From assembly GCA_002269645.1 (NCBI GenBank), contig NIVC01001375.1, positions 1 to 64,000 on the forward strand: a DNA stretch of 64,000 bases, given 5' to 3'. The translations under genes and the position numbers were made by a program. Position 1 is the first letter of the stretch. The number at the start of each line of letters is the position of its first letter. Below are positions 28,665-39,145 of this stretch, piece by piece. This DNA is from Macrostomum lignano. Its lineage: Eukaryota. Below the pieces are notes generated by a model that was given only the letters and a program-made list of their open reading frames with translations, was not told the DNA's origin and did no database searches.

Positions 28665-28972
28665 CACCATGGCGAGAACTGTCCAAATCTAGCTATTCAT
28701 CCCAAAAAGAATGAGACTGCCAAGCAAATGATTGAAGGCGACCTGAAAGACTTCAATATTAAGTATCACCTACTGTCATGGACGATTAATTCGATGACAT
28801 TCGAGCGTAATAGAGAACCAAATCTCGAATTATTCTGTGTGCATATGAGAATATATTTTTAATTCCGTTACAGTTGAAAAATGCGAAAAACAAAAGAAAT
28901 AATTCGTAGAAAATTTAGATATTTTTATTCAATAATTTTTTTTTCTGTTGCTATATCAATTAGATCGCTTCA

Positions 28973-29285
28973 ATAAAAATAATATAATAATATAATTGAT
29001 TACACCTGCCCGGGCAGGTCTGCAACCGACAGCTCAGCCGCAGCTATTGCGCGGCGCATCTGAAGGCTGCGTACGGCTGTTCAGTCCAAGGACTGGGGGT
29101 CGCCACACAGCCTCAACTACCCCAGCTAATGCTGGCACCCATTTTACAGCCGGGTGAACTGAAGCAATGCAGAGTTAAGCATTTTGCTCAAGGTCACAAA
29201 TTGTTCCGAGTGGGATTGGGAATCGAACCCCCGGCCGTGAAGTCGTGAGTCCGACGACGCTCTAACCACTAGGCTACAGCCCCCC
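28973..29285 (-). mobile_element. tRNA-derived SINE (copy 2, inverted relative to copy 1)
   Basis: Reverse complement aligns along the whole of copy 1 with scattered substitutions. Confidence 0.85.
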
Positions 29286-30824
29286 TCATTTAACATAATA
29301 AAACTAAAAATCAGCACCTATCGGCGTGCGTATTTAATACTAGTAATAGTAATATTAACAGTAATAATAATAATAATAGTAATTGTAACTGTAGAAACCC
29401 CAAGGTAACTTTTGAGACTTTTCAATGCATCAGACGTAATCAATAGCGACGAAGAACTGACTGTGGAGTCACCTGAACTGCATGACCACCCATTTGCCTA
29501 GCAATACAAAATCGGCATCAGGGGGCGTAGACAGGATTTTTGATTGGATCCCTGCTCTGATGCTTTAGTCCGCTGTCCAACCAATACTAATTGCTAGTCA
29601 AACATATAACCATCGATCAGGTTACATTTTGATTTACTGTCTACTTTGAACTCATCGCTTTATGCTTTTGGGGACAAGTCAGACTTTTTAAAAGTATAGT
29701 CAAATAAAGTCGTCAGACTGGAGACAAAAGAAGAATCGACATTGAACGGTAAACATGAGAAGGAGAACAGAAGCCACGAAGAAAAAGTCGACAACAGGCC
29801 TTGCAAAAGCCATTTGTGCCATTCCGCTGACGACCAAAACTTCACAGTGGAAAGAGCAATAGCTACGGGCACAAACAGAGGAAAGGCACACGAAGGGTTT
29901 AGGAACAAAACACACACAAACTTGCATACACACCTTTGAAGAGAAACGAAACCAGAGAAGTCTCAGCTATATCGCCATTCCCAAGCACTGAGTGTGCACC
30001 TACAATAGTGGGGTAAAGCTGTTGCCTAAATGCTAAATATAGTAACTGCGTGTTCCGATGTACGCTCATGATGTACATGTACGCTCAACTCCTCTGCACT
30101 CTCTAAATGGATTGGAATTGAACGGCCAAGCCTAGCTTCTCGCCCTCCCCCTGCCCTGTAATAAAGATGAGCGTTTAATTGTTTCAGCCAGCGGCAGGGG
30201 GTGCCAATGCAAACTGGTGCTCAACAAGCAGAATTTCTCACAGTCTGACGCTGCCGCACTGTCTGTAAAGGTAAATAGCGCTGCGAGGGTCCGGCTAATC
30301 TTCTCTGCTTCGGAAGGGGCTCATCTTCATCGTCAGCTTAAAGGACGTCGAAACATTTCAGCAAGCAGATCAAGCAACGAAAACCAGATCGCAGGAGGTA
30401 GTTCTTGACTACTTGACCTGAGAAAGATATCTATTGTATCTGCTTTCAGGTAAATTTTCGTTGCCTTTATGGCAATTTTTCTTTCATTTCAGCCAAGATA
30501 CTGTCCCTTTAAAACTGTACTTTTTTACTGTAATCTTTTTATTAGTAATTCCGCTAGGGGAAAATCAGTACTGGTATCCAGAAAGACTGAGGCGATTAAA
30601 AATCCCTGAATCCCGGAAGACAATATCGGCAGTAAATCTATAAGCCCTCCCCACTGTGTTGTTCCTGACAAACATGGCGGGGAAACGGTTTAAAGTGAGA
30701 TTTTTTACGCAAACTGACAACAAAGCCGGCTTGTAATCTTCAAGATTAAATACTGAGCTGTAAGTACGAGCTAGCTTTGAAATAATGCAATCTTATCTCT
30801 TTTAGAGTCTGGCGCCGCGACAAG

Positions 30825-32875
30825 ATGAACAACAGAAAAGCCAACTCGGGGCAGAAGGTCGAGCAAAATTATGAAAGCAAGATGAGTCCAGTGGTAAGTG
30901 AGGTCGAGGAGAACGAAGAGTTCAAGGACAACCCGGATGAGGTGGCGTGTAACTGGCACCCCAAGTGCCAACCACAGTGCTGCCAGTGCTTCGCCCGACC
31001 CTCCTGCCTGCTGCTGTGGCTCTGCCTGAGCAGTTTTACTCAAGGCCTGGTCGTGAACGGCTTTGTCAACTCGGTGCTAACAACCCTCGAGCTGCGATAC
31101 GATATGACTTCATCCGAGAGCGGACTCATCGCCTCCATGTACGACATCGGGAGCGTGCTCTGCCTGGTCCCAGTCACCTACATCGGACACCGGTACCGGC
31201 GGAGTCGCCTCATCTCCATCGGGCTGCTCACCATGAGCGTCGGATCGTTTGTATTCACCATTCCACAGTTCACCACCGACGCCTACAACTACCAGAGTCC
31301 GGTGTCGCCTCTGTGCTACCTGTCCGGCAAGGTCTATCCGGATTTCTGTACCAAGCAGACTCTCAACAACTACAAGTTCGTGTTTTGGCTCGGACAGTTC
31401 CTGCACGGAGTGGGCGCGTCTCCGCTGTACACACTGGCCGTGGCGTACCTTGACGACAACCTGACTGTGCAGCAGTCGGGCGCGTTCCTGGGTGCTTACT
31501 ACATGATGAGCTTGATCGGTCCCGCCATGGGCTACCTTCTTGGCGGCATATTCCTCAATATCTACGTCGAGCTGGGCGTGACGCCGTCAGACCTCACGCC
31601 AAGCAACACCAGTCTCTGGGTTGGCGCTTGGTGGGTCGGCTTTCTCATTTCTGGAACTCTGTCTCTTATTATTGTGGTTCCTTTGTTTGGCTTTCCAAAA
31701 CTTTTCCCTGGATCGGCTCGCATTCAGCACGAGAAAAAGCAAGAGACGCATGGCAACTCCGAAGCGAAATGTGCCGAAATGCAGGAATTAAACGTTAAAG
31801 ACTTCTGCCCCTCGGTTGGCGTTATCCTGAGCAACCCAGTGTTTGTGTTCATATCCTTCAGCGGTGCCGCGGACGCTATCTTAGTAGCCGGACTGTCAAC
31901 CTTTGGGCCGAAAGTGTTGCAGACTCTGTTCATGGTGAGCGCGAGCACGGCCACCTTCACCATCGGCCTAGTGTCCGTGCCGAGCGCTGCCATCGGGTTG
32001 CTAGTCGGCGGCTTAGTGATTCGCTTCAGCAACTTGCCAGTCCGTAGTCTACTCTGGATGTGCGTTGGGTTGCGGCAGTTGACGTGCTATTCGGACTCGG
32101 GCTGCTGGCCAAGTGCGACCTGCAGAAGTTTGCAGGTGTCAATCAAAATTACCCGCTTACGCCAAACCAGTCCAACTCGCTGAATGCTACGTGCAACATG
32201 AACTGCCACTGTCAGGAGAGCAAGTTCATGTACAGTCCGGTGTGCGGCGCAGACTCCGTCATCTATTACTCGCCCTGCTACGCAGGCTGTCAAAGCAATG
32301 CCACGATGATCAATGGCGCAAAGTACTATGCAAACTGCACTTGCATTACCGGACAGATTACAGCAAACAATTACAACTTCTCAGCTATGGAGGGCACTTG
32401 CAAGGACGCCAGCTGCAACAAGATGCCCATTGTGCTAGTAACCATTGGCTTCTTTCTATTTGGAATTTTCTTCATTTCGATACCCACGCTGCAGTGCACG
32501 ATGCGAGTCATACCAGCTAGGCTAAAGGACTTCGGCCTGGGCCTGCAGTGGGTGATCCTGAGACTGTTCGGAAGCATCCCGGGACCCCTGGTGCTGGGAA
32601 AACTGATTGACACCACCTGCAGCCTGTGGACCGGCGGCTGCGGTCATCAGGGCTCGTGCAGCTTCTACAACGGCGAGAGCTTCTGGGCGATGGTGCTTGG
32701 CTTTGCGGCCGTGCTGAAAGCCCTGGAGATTCTGTTCCTGATCCTCGCCGCCGCGCTGTACGTTCCGCCTGACCAGGTCATTCAGGTTGACGTTGAAATC
32801 GAGACCAAACCTGACGGTCAGTTCGCTGGCCCCGAGGCGCACGCCAACGAAGCTTTCAAACCGGACATTGCCTGA
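30825..32875 (+). CDS. SLCO: Organic anion transporting polypeptide (OATP/SLCO), copy 1, intronless; 1-nt frameshift at ~32068
   Basis: LWVGAWWVGFL OATP signature, Kazal-like loop CNCHC...SPVCG...YYSPCYAGC, multiple TM segments. Adding one G to GGG at 32067-32069 gives a ~683-aa ORF. Confidence 0.92.
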
Positions 32876-33773
32876 ACCATTTTTTAAAGAATTCCAGATC
32901 CGCGTCTGTGTAATGCAGCTTTTTAATGTGCGACTTATTTTTTGTTTTATTTTCCTGCTGAATGTTTTTAATCACTGTTAATTTTATCCTACGTTGTTCG
33001 AGCAATGTAATTCATAATACTGCAACTTCTGGTGGTTTTCGTCTAATCTATTTACCAACAGTTTTACTGCGTGCCTAGTTACTTGCACTTTTAAGCTCTT
33101 TTTATTCTCACCGTGTTTAGCACAATATATCTTCCGTGCAGCATGGATACTAAAGTGTGCAGTAATTGTAATTATCCGATTTTAAATGCTTTAAAAATAC
33201 ACGCTATTAACGCTCTTTGTAGTTCAGTTGATATCAGAGACTATGAAATTACAGTACTATTTCACTCCTCTTTGCTGTGATGATAAAAACTATGCTTACC
33301 CTTTCAGCGCCACTTCGTGCATAAAAGTATCTTTTTGACTTGCATTACGCTTGTATCTGACATTTTATTAAATATTTATTGACTAAAAAATGTGTGTTTT
33401 ATAAATATTGTTTGGCATACAAACTAACCGAGACCTGTAACAGACAAAAACTTAAAAGTCATTTAAAATATTTAGCATGTACTTAACAAGTAGTTACTGC
33501 TTTCAAAATGGTGCAAAAGATAAAAAAATAAATCTTTTGGTTTGCATACAGATGCGCCGCTTTTAATAGAAACGCTCGGGAAAAAGACATCTGCACTTTT
33601 GCAGAAAGACCAAAACACCGCAGCAGACAAAAAGTGAAAACGGTTCCGCAAGCCATAGACAACGAAATCGCAAGTTTATGCCACCGATTATATAAAGCTT
33701 ACCAGGCCGAAAATCTTGGAAGAATAATTCTAACAAGAAAGAATCAAACAAAAGCTTTTTACAAAAAAATCAA

Positions 33774-35756
33774 ATGAGGCCAGCAACGCCATCTCAGGTC
33801 CAAGAGGTGGAGGAACCTAAACATGTCGCTGCGAAAAGTTCTCCGAAAACTGATGATGTGTTGAAAAGCGACAGCAATGAGCTCAATGACGACCCGGATG
33901 AGGTGGCGTGTAACTGGCACCCCAAGTGCCAACCACAGTGCTGCCAGTGCTTCGCCCGACCCTCCTGCCTGCTGCTGTGGCTCTGCCTGAGCAGTTTTAC
34001 TCAAGGCCTGGTCGTGAACGGCTTTGTCAATTCGGTGCTAACAACCCTCGAGCTGCGATACGATATGACTTCATCCGAGAGCGGACTCATCGCCTCCATG
34101 TACGACATCGGGAGTGTGCTCTGCCTGGTCCCAGTCACCTACATCGGACACCGGTACCGGCGAAGTCGCCTCATCTCCATCGGGCTGCTCACCATGAGCG
34201 TCGGATCGTTTGTCTTCACCATTCCACAGTTCACCACCGACGCCTACAACTACCAGAGTCCGGTGTCGCCTCTGTGCTACCTGTCCGGCAAGGTCTATCC
34301 GGATTTCTGTACCAAGCAGACTCTCAACAACTACAAGTTCGTGTTTTGGCTCGGACAGTTCCTGCACGGAGTGGGCGCGTCTCCGCTGTACACACTGGCC
34401 GTGGCGTACCTTGACGACAACCTGACTGTGCAGCAGTCGGGCGCGTTCCTGGGTGCTTACTACATGATGAGCTTGATCGGTCCCGCCATGGGCTACCTTC
34501 TTGGCGGCATATTCCTTAATATCTACGTCGAGCTGGGCGTGACGCCGTCTGATATCAGCCCTAAGAATAATAACCTGTGGGTTGGCGCCTGGTGGATCGG
34601 CTTTTTTCTGTCTGGAACCCTGTCACTGGTATCTGTCGTACCCATTTTTGGGTTTCCTAAAAGATTTTCCCACTCGACAAGTTCTCAGACGCAGAGTAGA
34701 CACGAATCGCCTAGAGACATCGTTGGCGCAGAAAATGCAGCAACGCAGATCAGTGCCAAGCATTTCTGGAGTTCAATTGTTACCCTTCTGAAAAATGCTA
34801 CATTTGTGTTCCTGTCATTCTCCGGCGCAATGCAGTATGTCATAATGACTGGATTATCCACTTTCGGTCCAAAAATCCTGCAAATTTTGTTCTACTTAAC
34901 AAAAAGCTCTTCTACAATCACTATGGGCCTCGTAACCGTGCCCGCAGCCGCCTTTGGCGTCATGACAGGCGGTTTATTGATTAGATTTACTAAGTTTTCT
35001 GTACAACGACTTCTGTGGTTGAGCTTCATCGTGGCCTGTGTGGATTTGATACTCGGACTCGGGCTGCTGGCCAAGTGCAATCCGCAGAAGTTTGCAGGTG
35101 TCAATCAAAATTACCCGCTTACGCCAAACCAGTCCAACTCGCTGAATGCTACGTGCAACATGAACTGCCACTGTCAGGAGAGCAAGTTCATGTACAGTCC
35201 GGTGTGCGGCGCAGACTCCGTCATCTATTACTCGCCCTGCTACGCAGGCTGTCAAAGCAATGGCACGATGATCAATGGCGCAAATTACTATGCAGACTGC
35301 ACTTGCATTACCGGACAGATTGCAATCGACGGAAGCGATCAAAAGTTCTCGGCAGTGGAGGGAGCGTGTATAAAAAACGCGTGTCACAAGTTGCAGATTC
35401 TGCTCAGCATGCTGTTTTTGTTCATTTTTGTACTATTCTCAACCTCGGTGCCAATTCTGCACTGCACGATGCGAGTCATACCGGCTACACTCAAAGACTT
35501 CGGCCTTGGCCTGCAGTGGGTGATCCTGAGACTGTTCGGCAGCATCCCGGGACCGCCCTTGATGGGAAAACTGATTGACACCACCTGCAGCCTGTGGACC
35601 GGCGGCTGCGGTCATCAGGGCTCGTGCAGCTTCTACAACGGCGAGAGCTTCTGGCTGATTGTGATCGCCTTTGCCGGCGTACTCAAGGTGCTGGAAGTCG
35701 CCCTGATGGGACTGGCCGCTTTTTTCTACTACGCGCCGCCTGACGAGCCCGAATGA
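33774..35756 (+). CDS. SLCO: OATP/SLCO transporter, copy 2, intronless, 660 aa
   Basis: Uninterrupted ORF with LWVGAWWIGFF signature and Kazal-like domain. Confidence 0.95.
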   Translation: MRPATPSQVQEVEEPKHVAAKSSPKTDDVLKSDSNELNDDPDEVACNWHPKCQPQCCQCFARPSCLLLWLCLSSFTQGLVVNGFVNSVLTTLELRYDMTSSESGLIASMYDIGSVLCLVPVTYIGHRYRRSRLISIGLLTMSVGSFVFTIPQFTTDAYNYQSPVSPLCYLSGKVYPDFCTKQTLNNYKFVFWLGQFLHGVGASPLYTLAVAYLDDNLTVQQSGAFLGAYYMMSLIGPAMGYLLGGIFLNIYVELGVTPSDISPKNNNLWVGAWWIGFFLSGTLSLVSVVPIFGFPKRFSHSTSSQTQSRHESPRDIVGAENAATQISAKHFWSSIVTLLKNATFVFLSFSGAMQYVIMTGLSTFGPKILQILFYLTKSSSTITMGLVTVPAAAFGVMTGGLLIRFTKFSVQRLLWLSFIVACVDLILGLGLLAKCNPQKFAGVNQNYPLTPNQSNSLNATCNMNCHCQESKFMYSPVCGADSVIYYSPCYAGCQSNGTMINGANYYADCTCITGQIAIDGSDQKFSAVEGACIKNACHKLQILLSMLFLFIFVLFSTSVPILHCTMRVIPATLKDFGLGLQWVILRLFGSIPGPPLMGKLIDTTCSLWTGGCGHQGSCSFYNGESFWLIVIAFAGVLKVLEVALMGLAAFFYYAPPDEPE

Positions 35757-36954
35757 CAGTCAATTGAGTAAAAATTCGTTCAAAAAGGAAATATATGTAA
35801 CTAGCATGATTATAAATCTTGGTAATATAATATTTAGTACTCTAGCGTGATTTGAGTATATGCGGTATTATTGTAAAATATACAAGCTTATCTGCGCCTA
35901 TGACTTTTTGGCTCAACTTCAGATTTTGTAATCTTGTCTTTACTAATCGCTTAATAAATTTATCGCTCAGTTTGTATAGTATGGCACTTTTGCTGTTCAG
36001 TTGAACCCTGGCCAGAATATTCCTATAATGTTCTTATAAGGCATGAATTGGACACTCAACGCGCAAAGTCCTTCATTTAAGTAATCACAGACTTACAAAA
36101 CTTCCTTGTTTTCAATTTGGCTGGGTTTGAATATTTAAAAATTATTTGCGAAATTAATTACTAGTTATGACATTGAAGGGTTTTGCTGTTTTCTGAAGTT
36201 CGATTCGAAATCTATTTTTTATCCAGGCTGCCGGGAGAGTAAATTTATAACGTGACTTGTAAATCATCGACTATTTTGTCTATTTTGCACTACTTAAAAC
36301 TGGTCCTAAGAGTAATGCATTAGCATTTTTAATGACTAGATACTAATATAATTATACATATATTATCTATGGGAGCTATTAGTAAAAAAATAACATCAAT
36401 TTAGAGAAGACAGGAAAAAACTGTCAACTTTCATTTATTTGAGCCAATTTTATGGCTTTGTCAACTAGTAACATAACAAAGAGTTTTATTTATTAGTCAA
36501 ACAGAGAACGCCTTCCAGCAACTAAAGCATTAAAAGCAGCAGTGGGCGTTCCAATGAAATTAAACTATTTTATTCGAAACAATCGAATAAAAATTTATTA
36601 AAACGATTCAATTTACCAAAACCAAAAAAGCCGCTTTTATTAAGGAAATGAAACCTATTAAGTAGATTATTAAGGGATTAAGAAAGACTATCGATTAAAA
36701 GTTCGGGCAATTTTAATGCCTTCTATTAGTTGGTTAATAAAACTGTCTAATAAAGCTTCTGTTTTGCATAATATAAAGATGCCATTGATATGTTTACAGG
36801 AATGCGAAAACAAAGTGCGAGAACAATCATGTGAAACTGTGCATGATACAAAATACCGCAAAAAGTAAAGCACGTAGAAATAGTACGCGTACATATTCAT
36901 TTAGCATTGTTTCTCTAGTATGCCTAAGAGTATGTTACGGGACTTAAGATAATG

Positions 36955-38450
36955 GAGGAAGGGGTGGCGGCTGTAAAATAGCGGGAGGAAGGGGTGATGG
37001 CTATAAAATAGCGGGAGGAAGGGGTGGTTGCTATAAAATAGCGGGAGGAAGGGGTGGTTGCTATAAATTAGCGGGAGGAAGGGGTGGTTGCTAAAAAATA
37101 GCATGAGGAAGGGGTGATAGCTATAAATTAGCGGGAGGAAGGGGTGATGGCTATAAAATAGCGAGAGGAAGGGGTGGTTGCTATAAAATAGCGGGAGGAA
37201 GGGGTGGTTGCTATAAAATAGCGAGAGGAAGGGGTGGCGGCTATAAAGAAGCGGGAGGGGAGGAAGGGGTGGTTGCTATAAAATAGCGGGAGGAAGGGGT
37301 GGTTGCTATAAATTAGCGGGAGGAAGGGGTGGTTGCTATAAAATAGCGGGAGGAAGGGGTGGTTGCTATAAAATAGCGAGAGGAAGGGGTGGCGGCTATA
37401 AAGAAGCGGGAGGGGAGGAAGGGGTGGTTGCTATAAAATAGCGGGGTAGGAAGGGGCGGTGGCTAGAAAATAGCAGAAGGAAGGGGTGGCGGCTATAAAA
37501 TAGAGGGAAGGGAGGAAGGGTGGTTGCTATAAAAATGCGGGGTAGGAAGGGGTGGTGGCTAGAAAATAGCAGAAGGAAGGGGTGGTGGCTATAAATTAGC
37601 GGGAGGAAGGGGTGATGGCTATAAATTAGCGGGAGGAAGGGGTGGTTGCTATAAAATAGCGGGAGGAAGGGGTGGTTGCTATAAAATAGCGGGAGGAAGG
37701 GGTGGTTGCTATAAAATAGCGAGAGGAAGGGGTGGCGGCTATAAAGAAGCGGGAGGGGAGGAAGGGGTGGTTGCTATAAAATAGCGGGAGGAAGGGGTGA
37801 TGGCTATAAATTAGCGGGAGGAAAGGGTGGTTGCTATAAAATAGCGGGAGGAAGGGGTGGTTGCTATAAATTAGCGGGAGGAAGGGGTGGTTGCTATAAA
37901 ATAGCGGGAGGAAGGGGTGGTTGCTATAAAATAGCGAGAGGAAGGGGTGGCGGCTATAAAGAAGCGGGAGGGGAGGAAGGGGTGGTTGCTATAAAATAGC
38001 GGGGTAGGAAGGGGTGGTGGCTAGAAAATAGCAGAAGGAAGGGGTGGCGGCTATAAAATAGCGGGAAGGGAGGAAGGGTGGTTGCTATAAAAATGCGGGG
38101 TAGGAAGGGGTGGTGGCTAGAAAATAGCAGAAGGAAGGGGTGGCGGCTATAAAATAGCGGGAAGGGAGGAAGGGTGGTTGCTATAAAAATGCGGGGTAGG
38201 AAGGGGTGGTGGCTAGAAAATAGCGGGAAGGGAGGAAGGGTGGTTGCTATAAAAATGCGGGGTAGGAAGGGGTGGTGGCTAGAAAATAGCAGAAGGGGTG
38301 GTGGCTAGAAAATAGCAGAAGGAAGGGGTGGTGGCTAGAAAATAGCAGAAGGAAGGGGTGGTGGCTAGAAAATAGCAGAAGGAAGGGGTGGTGGCTAGAA
38401 AATAGCAGAAGGAAGGGGTGGTGGCTATAAAGTAGCGGGAGGAATGGGTG
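36955..38450. repeat. ~30-bp G-rich minisatellite
   Basis: gaggaaggggtggttgctataaaatagcgg and variants, about 50 copies. Confidence 0.95.
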
Positions 38451-39145
38451 GAAAGCGGGTCTAAGATAATGGAGAACTGAAAGAGGACGACGGCTCTATA
38501 ATCGAATTAAACAGTCAAATTTACAACAGCGGTTTTACTGTTAACAATAATTACATACCGGATATAAAACATGCAGAATGTCAGGAACAAAACAAGCAAC
38601 GTGTTCACAAACAAAAAAGCAGATATTATTACAAGTGAACAAAACAATTAAGTACAATCAGTACTTTTATTATATACGTGCCCATCAATACAACCGCCAG
38701 TGCAGTGGTAACGCTAAGAATCTCGAACTTGGAACGCTAAGTAAATCGATAAGCAAATAGGAGAAAATGCCATATGAATGGAGCTGACTACTGATATCCT
38801 TAGCAATCAGTACGGCTTAGCGCGTTCAGTTAAACTCTAAATAGAATAGGCTGTAATATAAACAAACAGAACTGAGATTCCAATCTTTTGCATGTTTGGG
38901 GACCTTAAAATTCATGGGATCACGGTAAGAATTTACACGCATAAACTGAACATATTTAGGTCTTAAATCGTCGTTGAAAAGCAGAACTCGAACCAAGGAC
39001 CAACGGTAGTAATAGGAAAAAACACTTAGAAAAATGAATAGAAACTTATTTAGGGGCTTATAATAAATTCAATTGAGCCTTTCAAGTAAATTAAGCATAA
39101 TTTGAAGCGTAAAATTCTCTCTCAACAACATTTAAAGTCCTCGAT

